Shown: positions 27,801 to 36,297 of the stretch, in pieces
Layout of the letters: each line of letters opens with the position of its first letter
Numbering within the stretch: position 1 is the first letter of the stretch
Assembly: GCA_028864975.1 (NCBI GenBank)
Contig: JAGWLG010000012.1
Location: 15,745-79,744 of the forward strand
Length of the DNA stretch: 64,000 nucleotides
From: Thermoplasmata archaeon
GTDB taxonomy: Archaea > Thermoplasmatota > Thermoplasmata > Lutacidiplasmatales > UBA184
Direction of reading: 5' to 3'
Translations under genes and position numbers: made by a program
Notes under the pieces: model-generated
What the model was told of the DNA's origin: nothing
What the model saw: the letters and a program-made list of their open reading frames with translations, nothing else
Database searches by the model: none

Positions 27801-28743
27801 TCTGTCGGCGGCCGACCTCCACCGAGAGCTCGTCGGTCTCTTGCTTGAGCTTCGCGGCCTCCGCCCCTCCCTGATGGGCGACCTCGGCATCGATCCCGTC
27901 GATCTCGGCCTGGAGACGGTCGTGCTCCTGGGTGAGTTCGTTGCCTGAGGCCGTGAGCGCGTCGACCTCTCCCTTCAGGTCGGAGAGCCGCTTCTCGAGA
28001 GAGGCCACCTCGCCCCGGGCGCGAGAGATGGTGGCTCGGGCGAGCTGAGAGGAGTAGCGCCGCTTCTGGGTGTCGAGGTCCTTGAACTTGAGCGCCCCTT
28101 CACGCTGCCCCTGGAGCTCGTCCAGGTGCCGCTGCACCTCCGTGAGGAGCGTTTGGAGCTGGCCCAGGTTCTGCTCGAGCCCTTCCCGCTTGTCGGCCGC
28201 GTGGTCGAGCTCTTCGTCGTACTGGGCGATGCCCGCGAGCTTCTCGACCTCGCCCCGGCGCTCGAGGGGGGACATCGCGACGATGCGGTTCACATCCCCT
28301 TGCTGGACGATGTTCGAACCGTCCCCGGAGAGCCGTGCGTGGGAGAGGAGCGCTTCGATCTCGGTCTGGGTGCTCCGCCGGTCGTTGACGTAGAAGTACG
28401 AGCTGTACGGGGGGTCGCCCGGTGTGAGCTTGATGTAACGGGTGATCTCGACCGAGTCGGACTCGACGGGCAGCGCACGGTCCCGGTTGTCGAAGACGAG
28501 GGAGACCTCGCATTCCGTCGCCGCCTTCTTGCTGGCTCCGCCGTTGAAGAGGAGGTCCGAGAGGCGGTCCGCTCGGAGCACCTTCGAGCTTCGCGGACCC
28601 AGGACAAAGAGGATGGCGTCGGCGACGTTAGACTTGCCCATCCCGTTGGGGCCGGCGACCCCCGTGAACCCGTTGGTGAAGGGGATCTCGACCGTTCCGG
28701 CGAAGGACTTGAAGTTCTTCATGCGGAGATGGGTGAGATGCAT
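24871..28743 (-). CDS. smc: Chromosome segregation protein SMC
   Basis: FKSF, Walker A GPNGMGKSN, Q-loop IVQQG, hinge (GIRGTVEEL...TFLPLNKI, LVTMDGDLIESAGAITGG), LSGGE, LDEVDMSLD; low-complexity ~90-aa C-terminal extension. Confidence 0.98.
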   Translation of the reverse strand: MHLTHLRMKNFKSFAGTVEIPFTNGFTGVAGPNGMGKSNVADAILFVLGPRSSKVLRADRLSDLLFNGGASKKAATECEVSLVFDNRDRALPVESDSVEITRYIKLTPGDPPYSSYFYVNDRRSTQTEIEALLSHARLSGDGSNIVQQGDVNRIVAMSPLERRGEVEKLAGIAQYDEELDHAADKREGLEQNLGQLQTLLTEVQRHLDELQGQREGALKFKDLDTQKRRYSSQLARATISRARGEVASLEKRLSDLKGEVDALTASGNELTQEHDRLQAEIDGIDAEVAHQGGAEAAKLKQETDELSVEVGRRQTAAEKAEESLNELTERKGELEKELAGRRKELQANEKQLAELNGRLEDLQKEIDVHHKALLEAHKATDASQGKAAQYRRAVLENERRQKSKQEDWQEAVQKLESLKGELTTFEHDEAGAEEEAKLKEVEVRDLQFRFKGVQGARKGTERSSQELSEELEAFQKKEKDLHARASSLQEELVELHRAYASLEALVRDRGTGAASRLAAVDHLLSLRDTGKVQGIRGTVEELASFDNQFATALTVAAGTRFQALVVESDEVAAKCVQILRNEKKGVATFLPLNKIVPGRPHGKSLLVQKTPGCRGFAIDLVKYEDALAPAFWYVFGETLVFDGLNQARAQMGGVRLVTMDGDLIESAGAITGGYLAAERGKGTNLQVDLRRRGEELRKKSAEEEQVRKELDGVIQHLRELTEELGKHTAEAESHETSLSTLEKDLAKAKEALDAAQEKLKGSRERRAQTAKKVEQAQTLLTELQGEIETLKADWEKAQAVYLQALPQNAAARLKELTESGEAYNQKLVDLQSQVSALDSTVKSAKATLAEKEAEVSGLEDRLPVLTRELKVAKKAHVEGLQKLEALRAVGEKQSKASKALTEKRNALQTDLTELVGKQGSNSSTITSKNDQAHDLDVKLSTAQVELSNLEAASADLPMEEADEAAAKVEKLSPTELTRRLKDVEEKLTALGPVNAAALEQYDAEKQRLEDFQGQVDRLHGEKKDLLHLIDDLNDKKRTRIHEVVEVVAKGYSEIYTELSGGGEGEVVLENPEDPLAGGLLIRAKPLGKKVQRLEQLSGGEKSLASLAFIFSLQHYDPSPLYVLDEVDMSLDGVNAENIGRMVRRNSARAQFIVISLRKVTLKWAEHLLGVTMHGDGCSRLVSIRLDDIKDVDEKELRAIAASPSALAAMRPPELRAATAARVSVSGGLAAASPASSPSPGAPSSKGATAGATAGRRRGGTKAASPEGPVVDHAPATEAAPPLATPPPGGP

Positions 28744-28845
28744 CGGGTTCCCTCGCTACCTGCCGCCTCTGTCGGGCCTCTGTCGCCGGAACGGACCCCG
28801 TTTGTCCGACGCGTGTCAGCCCAAGACACCACACCCCGGTCCATG

Positions 28846-28853
28846 TATTTAAG
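28846..28853 (-). promoter_or_regulatory. TATA box CTTAAATA upstream of smc
   Basis: AT-rich box on the minus strand about 100 bp upstream of the smc ATG. Confidence 0.6.
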
Positions 28854-28942
28854 TGCACCTGCCGCAGCGGGCTCTCCGCGATCAAAACTAGTGCCACTCC
28901 ACGGGAGGGTTGATATTCGGGGGCAGGGCGACTCCTCGGACG

Positions 28943-29179
28943 CTATCTCGACCACCCCCCGGCGACGGCGGCGAGTCGCTCAGTCGCCTTCAGCGCCTGC
29001 TCCGACCAGCGGAGGAGGTCGGCTTGGCAGTTGTTCCGGGGAGCGTCGACCTGCGTCCACGACGGGTCCACGCGGCGGAGCAGATCGCTGAGCCGACCGA
29101 AGTGGTCCGAGACCCGCGCCAGGCGACGGGCAGCCGGGCGCCTCCCCTGTCGACCATCTGCTCCACTCGAATGTCGCAC
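28943..29179 (-). CDS. Small hypothetical protein (~78 aa), start uncertain
   Basis: The C-terminal ~59 codons are about 88% G/C at third positions (hand count) and read as an amphipathic helix (RLARVSDHFGRLSDLLRRVD...LLRWSEQALKATERL). Confidence 0.4.
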   Translation of the reverse strand: MRHSSGADGRQGRRPAARRLARVSDHFGRLSDLLRRVDPSWTQVDAPRNNCQADLLRWSEQALKATERLAAVAGGWSR

Positions 29180-29293
29180 ACCCGCCTTTGGGGGGAGGGA
29201 GCAGCGTTTGATTCCGCCTGTGGACGGGTCGCGTCGGGCCAGCGGCGCCTCAGCTCGGCCAGTTCTAATACGGTGACCGCGCTCGTGACGGCG

Positions 29294-29665
29294 ATGGTCG
29301 CCGGTCTGTGCCCCGTCTGTCGCACCATGGAGGTCGCCGAGCGGGAGCGCCGAGCCGCCAGGGACGAGCTCCACGTCCGTGAGGCGGCCGAGAAGGCTTG
29401 GCTCGCCGTCGTCCAGGCCACGGACCAGTACCTCCTGGGCCGCCACGGGGTGCGGGCACCCCAGGACGAGACCGCCCACCTGTTCCGCAAGCGCACTCTC
29501 CGCGACCAAGGCGAGGAAGAGCTCAAGGAGGAGTACAACGCGTTGGAGGGCCTCCTTCACGGCGACGCGTTCTACTTCGGGGATGTGGGCGAGGTCCCCT
29601 CCCTGATGGGGCGGGCCCGCCGGTACGTCGAGCGGACGACCGGCCACAAGGTCGGCGCCCACTGA
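29294..29665 (+). CDS. PaREP1-family (HEPN-like) protein
   Basis: EAAEKAWLAVVQA...H...LHGDAFY resembles PaREP1 (ASEKAW.A...LH.NFY); TTCTAATA about 25 bp upstream of ATG 29294. Confidence 0.65.
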   Translation: MVAGLCPVCRTMEVAERERRAARDELHVREAAEKAWLAVVQATDQYLLGRHGVRAPQDETAHLFRKRTLRDQGEEELKEEYNALEGLLHGDAFYFGDVGEVPSLMGRARRYVERTTGHKVGAH

Positions 29666-30181
29666 CGAACGGCCGGGCCGACGGGGCGAGCCGGTGATCC
29701 CCCGGCCCTCCTCGCCCAAGCTGCCGGGTCGCGGCCGCGGACGCCACGGAGCGGGTCGCCAAGCATGACTACGCCATCAGCCCGCCTTGGGTGAGGTGGG
29801 CCTGAGGGGCAGACTCCGCGGTCTTGGGACGCTGAGGCTTGGGGGCGTGTCTGACAAGTAGGGTTATTCGGGCGACTGGGGGCCCTCCCGGGCACTGGGG
29901 GAGAGCCTGCCGCAGCGGCGGTCGATACGCCTAACTCCCGGACTCGGGCAGGAGAGGAGCCTTGCGAGGTCGTCGGGTCCCCTCTCCGGGACCCCGCTGC
30001 GCGAGCCTGCGCCGCGCTTGGACACGAGGGAAGGCCCTGCCGAGCGCAGGTCAGAGCATCGGATCGCGCACCCCGGCCACGAGCAGGTCGAGGTCATCGC
30101 TTCGGGCAAAACCCCTATCTATCCCCCCTTGGTACGCTTTCGCAAGCCTCGGCCCCACCCTGGACCGGAGACCCCCTCACG

Positions 30182-32242
30182 ATGGACTCGAACCGCGCGT
30201 GGACACTCGTCGGCGCGGTGCTGCTCGTGGCCTTGCTGTCCGCCCCTAAGGTCCCGGGCCTTCTGCCTGAGAATGTCGGACACGTGGGGATGCCCCGTGC
30301 AGGATCCTCCCTTGAGCCACGCTCCGGTGGGGTCCAGAGGCCCCCCTCCTACCCAGTTGGTCCAGCCCTCGCGGCATCGGTCGCCTCGCCCCAAGCCCCC
30401 GAGGTTCCCTCGACGTTGGTCACCGTTCGGTTCCACACCACCCCGCAGCACTGCGGTACCATCACCTACAACGGAAGCGGCTACGTCAACGGCGGGGCGA
30501 TCACGACCTCGACCGGTCCCTGGCCCGTCTCCACGACGCCCTGCGCAGGATGGAAACAGAAGTACCTGAACGGGACGCAGGGGGTCTCGATCACGGGAGG
30601 GACGGCGACGGTCACCGGGAACGGGAACATCAGTGCGACGTTCATGGGTCCCCTCTACAACGTCCAGGTGGTGACCAACCCCGCGAACTGCGGGACGGTG
30701 ACGCTGAACGGTACGCTTACGGGAGGCAACGGGGCAACGCTCCATACTCAGCCGGGGAACAACTTCCCAGTCACCGCGACCCCCTGCACCGGCTACTACA
30801 CCTCCGCGCTCACGGCGTCGGGAGGCGTGAGCATTGCGGCCAAGACCGCGACCGTGACGGGCAACGGAACGATCTCCGCGGTCTTCCAGCCCCGAAGCTT
30901 CAATCTCACCGTCGACTCCACCCCCCAGTACTGCGGAGGGGCCACGGTGGGAGGGGTGAGCATCCCCTCCGGCGGGACCAAGCTCGTCATCGCCGGGACC
31001 TACACCTACGCCGCCTGGGGCTGCGTGGGTTACAACCTGAGCGGGGTCTCGACCTCGCCGACGAGCACCGTCACGGCGCAGCCGAACCCGTTCCCGTCGA
31101 CGGGGAACCTCACGGTCCTCTCGGACGGTTTCTTCAACCTCACGTTCATCGCGCAGATCTTCACCTTGACCTTCCTCGACCTCCCGGGGAACGCGGGGAC
31201 GATCCAATTCGCGGGGACGACCTACCGCAACGGCACCACGATCCAGGTCCCGTATGGGACCGTCGGCACGATCAACGCGCTCCCGGCCCCCCACTGGCGG
31301 CCCGCGGGGTCGGACCCGTTCAACCTCTCCCGCGGGATCCGCTGGCAGATCCAGGACCAGAGCATCTTCGTGAACGCGAGCGGGGTGGTGAAGGCGTTCT
31401 TCGTCCCGATCTATTACACGGTCACGTTCACGACCCCCCAGGCTCCCTGCGCCATCACGACGGTGCAGTTCAACACCAGCACGTTCCCTCTCATCGACTC
31501 CCACGGCGCCCGTGTGAAGTTCGGGGTCTACTTGGTCACCAACCCCAGCTGTCAAGGGTTCACCTTTGACAGCTACACCGGCGACGCGAACGTCGGGGTC
31601 TCCCAGTACTCCGGGATCGTCTGGGTCAACGGGAGCGGAACGGTCACCGTGAACTTCTCTCCGAACTGGCTCGTGGTCAGTGGGATCGTCGAGCAGTGGG
31701 GAGCGAACTCGCCCGTCAAGGGAGCAAACGTCGTGGTCTTCTATGGCGGGAACCAGGTGAACTTCAGCGGCCCTACCGGCCCAAGCGGCGCGTGGTCCGT
31801 GCTGCTCGTTTACGGACAATACACCGTCAACGCGACGGCGGCCTCGTTCACCTCGGCTCCTCTCGAGACCTTCTTCGTGAACGGCACTCCCACGGGCATC
31901 CAGGGGCTGGTCGTCTGGATCAACGCCACGTTAGGTCTGACCTCGACCCCCCAGGGGATCGGGGTCCTGGCGACCTACCCGCTGGTCTTGGTCCCCGTCG
32001 GCCTCTTCGTCGTGGCCGTCGGAGTGATCGTGGCGTGGCAGATGCAGCGGAAGTGGAGCCGTAGGGCTCCAGCTTCCGGCGGGCCCCCAACGCCCCCGGC
32101 ATCACCTCCGGGGGTACCTCCCCGCCCGATGTACGGCGGAGCCCCGGTCCAACAGCTTCCTCCCGGTCCCTACGGTCGCCCTCCACCCGTCTACGGGCGC
32201 CCGGCGGCCCCACCCTACGGTCTTCCCCCGGGCCGCAGGTAG
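30182..32242 (+). CDS. Cell-surface glycoprotein: five ~80-aa beta repeats (InlB B-repeat-like), carboxypeptidase-regulatory-like domain, TM, Pro/Tyr/Gly tail
   Basis: Signal peptide; repeats T.P..CG.....NG....PC.G....V.GNG.I.A.F; VSGIVEQ...VKGANV...TGPSGAW....YGQYTVNATAASF; many N-x-S/T sequons; TM LVLVPVGLFVVAVGVIVAW. Confidence 0.85.
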   Translation: MDSNRAWTLVGAVLLVALLSAPKVPGLLPENVGHVGMPRAGSSLEPRSGGVQRPPSYPVGPALAASVASPQAPEVPSTLVTVRFHTTPQHCGTITYNGSGYVNGGAITTSTGPWPVSTTPCAGWKQKYLNGTQGVSITGGTATVTGNGNISATFMGPLYNVQVVTNPANCGTVTLNGTLTGGNGATLHTQPGNNFPVTATPCTGYYTSALTASGGVSIAAKTATVTGNGTISAVFQPRSFNLTVDSTPQYCGGATVGGVSIPSGGTKLVIAGTYTYAAWGCVGYNLSGVSTSPTSTVTAQPNPFPSTGNLTVLSDGFFNLTFIAQIFTLTFLDLPGNAGTIQFAGTTYRNGTTIQVPYGTVGTINALPAPHWRPAGSDPFNLSRGIRWQIQDQSIFVNASGVVKAFFVPIYYTVTFTTPQAPCAITTVQFNTSTFPLIDSHGARVKFGVYLVTNPSCQGFTFDSYTGDANVGVSQYSGIVWVNGSGTVTVNFSPNWLVVSGIVEQWGANSPVKGANVVVFYGGNQVNFSGPTGPSGAWSVLLVYGQYTVNATAASFTSAPLETFFVNGTPTGIQGLVVWINATLGLTSTPQGIGVLATYPLVLVPVGLFVVAVGVIVAWQMQRKWSRRAPASGGPPTPPASPPGVPPRPMYGGAPVQQLPPGPYGRPPPVYGRPAAPPYGLPPGRR

Positions 32243-32262
32243 GTGGCGTTCGCGGCCGCGAC

Positions 32263-32904
32263 CTATAGCGGGCGCCGCCAAGCGTCCCCTTGGAGATACC
32301 GGCGGTCCTCGTTCCGACCCGCTAAGATCCCTTCCCCGCGACTTCGCAGCCCCTGACCGAATCTCAGGAGGTCCTCCGAGGCTCCGGAGTTGAGCTCGCA
32401 GAGGTCATCGAGCAGGCCGGCCACCGCGCGAGGGTCGTTACGGACCAGCGCGTCGGAAGAGAGCCGCAGGTTCGTGGACCTCTCGCCCATCTCGGAGAGG
32501 CGGGTGCGGATCCTTCGGGGCTCTTCGCCGCCCGCGGCGAAAAGCGGATGGCGGGAGAGGGACTGGAGCCGGGCCCCGAGCTCCCCCTGCCGCTCCAAGA
32601 GCGCCCGTAGGGAGGCCCGGACCGAGGTCAGCTCCTCCGAGGGGGAGCGCGCTTCGCGCGGTTGGGGGGTCGGCGCCCAGGAACGTTTCGGGCGCTGCGG
32701 GCGCCCCCGGGAGTGTTCTGGGGCACCTCCCTCTGGCTTCGGGGGCTTCTCCTGCGCGACCTGAGCGACGCGGAGACGCTCGTAGAGGTTCCGGTAGGAT
32801 TGTGCGAGGAGCGAGACCTCCTCGGACAAGGCCGCGACCCGCTGTCCTAGGTCGCGGAGGTCCTCTCCGCTCTGGCGAAGGTCCTCCCGACCCACCGCGG
32901 GCAC
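32263..32904 (-). CDS. Hypothetical coiled-coil protein
   Basis: Two heptad-like helical blocks separated by a Pro-rich linker; TAAAAA box about 30-40 bp upstream on the minus strand. Confidence 0.6.
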   Translation of the reverse strand: MPAVGREDLRQSGEDLRDLGQRVAALSEEVSLLAQSYRNLYERLRVAQVAQEKPPKPEGGAPEHSRGRPQRPKRSWAPTPQPREARSPSEELTSVRASLRALLERQGELGARLQSLSRHPLFAAGGEEPRRIRTRLSEMGERSTNLRLSSDALVRNDPRAVAGLLDDLCELNSGASEDLLRFGQGLRSRGEGILAGRNEDRRYLQGDAWRRPL

Positions 32905-33000
32905 TCGGCGTCCCCCCTGGTGACGAATACGTGGGATAGTTTTTAGGACATTTCGGTCCGGGCAACGCCCCCTGCCGGGCGACCTCGGGAGGGCTTCGGG

Positions 33001-33714
33001 TCATCCCGGGGTCCCGAAGAGCTCCTTCCATGCCCCGACGACCCTCGGGACGACCTCGGAGCGGGCCACGGGCCGCTTGAGCTCGCGCTCCATCGAGGTC
33101 ATGATCCTCCCTTCGAACCCGCAGGGATGGAAGCGCTCGAAGAAGCGAAGGTCGGTCGAGATGTTGAGGGCGAAGCCGTGGAAGGTGACCCACTCCTCGA
33201 CCGCCACCCCCACGGAGGCGATCTTCCGCTCCCCCGCGACCCAAACGCCCCGCTTTCCCGCGACGCGGGAGGCCGCGATCCCGTAAGGAAGGATGGCGCG
33301 AGCGACCATCTCCTCCAGCTCGTGAACGAACCGTCGCACGTCCCTCCCCCGAGGGGTCAGGTCGACGATGGGATAGCCGACGAGCTGGCCGGGGCCGTGG
33401 AAGGTGGACTTCCCCCCCCGTTCGATATGGTAGACCGGAAGGTCCTCGGGAAGGACGTCCCCGTCCGACCCCTGGACCCCCACGGTGATGACCGGTTCAT
33501 GCTCGACCAGCAACAGCGTGTCCCCGATGTTGCCCGCACGCCGGGATCGTCGAAGCTCCCGCATCAGGTCCCAGACCTCCTGGTAGGGTCGGTGGCCCAG
33601 GTCCCTCACTTCGGGTAGGGGGGACGGGGAGGGGAGGGAGTGGGGAACGCACCGGGAGGGTGATGGAAGGGGTCTGGGGGAGGGGGCGCTCCCCCCTTCG
33701 CTATCGGCGACCAT
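33001..33714 (-). CDS. lipB: Lipoyl(octanoyl) transferase LipB
   Basis: LLVEHEPVITVG, ERGGKSTFHGPGQLVGYPI, GVW, RKIASVGV, FHGFALN, PCG. Confidence 0.92.
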   Translation of the reverse strand: MVADSEGGSAPSPRPLPSPSRCVPHSLPSPSPLPEVRDLGHRPYQEVWDLMRELRRSRRAGNIGDTLLLVEHEPVITVGVQGSDGDVLPEDLPVYHIERGGKSTFHGPGQLVGYPIVDLTPRGRDVRRFVHELEEMVARAILPYGIAASRVAGKRGVWVAGERKIASVGVAVEEWVTFHGFALNISTDLRFFERFHPCGFEGRIMTSMERELKRPVARSEVVPRVVGAWKELFGTPG

Positions 33715-35137
33715 GGGCCGAGGGGGGGAGGGCGACGTGCATCGGTTCGCCCAGCCAGAGCATCGCGACCTCCTGCAAGAGCTCCGCGAAGGTGGGATGG
33801 GGATGGATGGTGCCCGCGAGGTCCCTCACGGTCGCTCCCATCTCGATGGCGAAGGCGACTTCGCTCACGAACTCCCCCGACACGTGTCCCGCCGCGTGGG
33901 CTCCGAGCACGAGCCCGGATCCCTCCTCCGCGAGCAGCTTCACGAACCCCTGGGTGGCGTGGCTCGCGTGGGCCCTGCCCAGGGCCGCGTACGGGAACTT
34001 CACCTCCCGTGCCGTGAGGCCTTGCTCCCGTGCTTGGGGGAGCGTGAGCCCGACCGTCGCCAGTTCCGGGTCCGTGTAGACGACCGACGGCACGGCCTGG
34101 TGGCTCCAACTGGAAGGGGATCCTGCGATCACTTCGGCGGCCACGCGTCCCTCTCGGTAGGCCTTGTGAGCCACCATCGGGGGGCGGGCCAGGTCCCCGA
34201 CGGCATAGATCCCCGGGACGTTCGTCGCCATACGGTCGTCGACCGCGACGAAACCTCCGCGCTCAGCGAGCTTGACGCCGGCGGTCTCGAGCCCCAGGCC
34301 GCGGGTCTCGGGGCGTTTGCCCACCGTAAGGAAGAGGAGGTCGCCTTCCAAGGACGCCGGGCCTTGAGGGGTCTTGGCGTGGAGCACGATGCCGTTCTCC
34401 TTGCGCTCGAGGGACTCGGCGCGGGATTCCGTGTGGACGACCACCCCTCTTCGCTCGAGCGATCTCCGCAGCTCCTGGGAGAGGTCGGCGTCCAGACCCG
34501 GCACGAGCTGAGGCATCATCTCCACGACGACGACCTGGCTCCCCAGCCTGGCGTAGTGCTCTCCTAGTTCGACCCCGCTCACACCGCCTCCGAGGACGAC
34601 CAGCCTCGACGGCACCGCTTGAAGCAGGAGAAGGTCCTTGGCGGTCAGCACGCGCTTGCCGTCCGGCTCGAACCCGGGGAGGCTCAAGTGGTAGGCCCCG
34701 GTGGCGAGGATGCAGGCCTGGAAGGTGACCTCCTCCCGGCCCCCCGGAAGCTCCTTGCCCTCGAGGAGGGCGCTGTTCGGTCCCGTGAGGCGTCCGGTCG
34801 CGCGCACCCAGCTCGCTCCGGCTGCGCGGAGGAGGGTCTCGATGCCCTTGCGCTCCTTTTCCAGGATCGACTCGCGCCAACGCTGCGTCGCGGGGAGGTC
34901 CAGCGTGGGCGCGGGGGCCGCGAGCCCCATCTCGGCCCCCGAGCGACGGACCTCGTCGTAGAGCTCGGAGGTGTGGATCAGCGCTTTCGAAGGGATGCAG
35001 CCACGGTTGAGGCACTCTCCCCCTAGCTCTTCCTTTTCCACGAGGAAGGGCTTCCGCCCGAGCTGCCCTAGTCGGAGCGCGGCGACGTAGCCCCCCGGAC
35101 CGCCGCCCAAGATCAGAACGTCCACCTCGCGGGTCAC
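33701..35137 (-). CDS. lpdA: Dihydrolipoamide dehydrogenase (E3)
   Basis: GGGPGGY, GGECLNRGCIPSK redox disulfide, GGGVSGVE, YAVGD, HPHPTFAE; GTG start overlapping the upstream stop, with GGAGG SD. Confidence 0.96.
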   Translation of the reverse strand: MTREVDVLILGGGPGGYVAALRLGQLGRKPFLVEKEELGGECLNRGCIPSKALIHTSELYDEVRRSGAEMGLAAPAPTLDLPATQRWRESILEKERKGIETLLRAAGASWVRATGRLTGPNSALLEGKELPGGREEVTFQACILATGAYHLSLPGFEPDGKRVLTAKDLLLLQAVPSRLVVLGGGVSGVELGEHYARLGSQVVVVEMMPQLVPGLDADLSQELRRSLERRGVVVHTESRAESLERKENGIVLHAKTPQGPASLEGDLLFLTVGKRPETRGLGLETAGVKLAERGGFVAVDDRMATNVPGIYAVGDLARPPMVAHKAYREGRVAAEVIAGSPSSWSHQAVPSVVYTDPELATVGLTLPQAREQGLTAREVKFPYAALGRAHASHATQGFVKLLAEEGSGLVLGAHAAGHVSGEFVSEVAFAIEMGATVRDLAGTIHPHPTFAELLQEVAMLWLGEPMHVALPPSAHGRR

Positions 35138-36285
35138 GGGAAGTTCCCTCCTTGCTCCTTGTCGAAGCTGTCCCGTTCCTCGGTCAGCGGCCAGGCGGGA
35201 ACCTTCAAGGTGTCCTCGAAGAGCGAGTCGGTCCTGGGCGGAGGCATGACCTCCGCCTCCTGGATGGCCGTGCGGACCTTGGCGTCGAGGTCGGCGCGCA
35301 GGGCTTCGCGCTCCGAAGCCGGGAAGACGCCCAGCTTCTCGAGCATGGCCTCGAAACGCCCGAGGGGATCGTAGGCCTTGGCCTTCTCCATCCATCCCTT
35401 CGGCTGGTAGCGGGAGGGGTCGTCGGACGAGGAGTGAGGGGTGAGCCGGTAGAGGACCGATTCGATCAGCTCCGGACCCGCCCCAGAGAGCACGCGGGCC
35501 CTCGCCGCGGAAAGCGTCGTGAACACCTCGACCACGTCGGTGCCGTCGATGCGGCGGCCCGGGAACCCATACCCGTCCGCCTTGGTCGCGAAGGAGGGCG
35601 CGGCGGTCTGCTTCTCGTTCGGGACGCTGATCGCCCACTGGTTGTTCGTGCAGACGAAGAGGACCGGGAGTTTCCAGACCCCCGCGAAGTTCATCCCGGA
35701 GTGGAAGTCGTTGGCCGAGGTCGCGCCGTCGCCGAAGAAGGCCCAGGAGACGGCCGGCTCCTTCCGAAGCTGGATCCCGTACGCCGTCCCCACGGCATGG
35801 ATGATCTGCGTGCCGATCGTGCTCGACATGGAAGCGTATCGGACCTCGCGCGCCGAAGGGTGGCAGGGCATCTGGCGACCGCGTGCCGTGTCGAGGTCGT
35901 TCCCGAACAGATGGTGGGCGTAGAGGGTCAGGTCGAGCCCTCGCAGGAGCGCAATGAGCTGCTCGCGCAATCCAGGGAATACCCAGTCCTGGCCGGACAT
36001 GCACATCGCGGCCCCGACGCTCGTGGCCTCTTGTCCGGTCGCGGGACCGTAGAACCCCACGCGCCCCTGACGTTGCAGCCCGAGCATCCGGGTGTCCAGT
36101 ACGCGGCCCAGGAGCATCCCGCGGTACATCTGGTGCAGCCGCTCTTCCCACGGAGGTCCAAGGCGGTCGCTGAGCTCCTTCTTCCCATACGGCAGAGGGA
36201 CGATCTCTAGAGGAGGGACGGCGGGAACCCGCGGTGCTCCGTCAGCGGGAGACGCGGTGGGGGCGGAGGGCTCGGCCGGGGGCAT
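35134..36285 (-). CDS. pdhA: 2-oxoacid dehydrogenase E1 alpha subunit (second copy)
   Basis: GFYGPATGQEA, GRQMPCH, GDGATSANDFHSGMNFAGV TPP motif, NNQWAIS, HSSSDDPSRY. Confidence 0.92.
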   Translation of the reverse strand: MPPAEPSAPTASPADGAPRVPAVPPLEIVPLPYGKKELSDRLGPPWEERLHQMYRGMLLGRVLDTRMLGLQRQGRVGFYGPATGQEATSVGAAMCMSGQDWVFPGLREQLIALLRGLDLTLYAHHLFGNDLDTARGRQMPCHPSAREVRYASMSSTIGTQIIHAVGTAYGIQLRKEPAVSWAFFGDGATSANDFHSGMNFAGVWKLPVLFVCTNNQWAISVPNEKQTAAPSFATKADGYGFPGRRIDGTDVVEVFTTLSAARARVLSGAGPELIESVLYRLTPHSSSDDPSRYQPKGWMEKAKAYDPLGRFEAMLEKLGVFPASEREALRADLDAKVRTAIQEAEVMPPPRTDSLFEDTLKVPAWPLTEERDSFDKEQGGNFP

Positions 36286-36297
36286 CGAGCAGGACCC

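Noticed and set aside
30064-30125. Minus-strand SDDLDLLV peptide resembling a nucleotidyltransferase partner for the PaREP1 gene
   Set aside because: Lacks the preceding GS motif, the frame closes after a few codons, and there is no suitable start.
33610-33695. G-quadruplex-prone G-tracts (also near 1-350 and in other Pro-rich genes)
   Set aside because: Explained by Pro codons (CCN) on the opposite strand.
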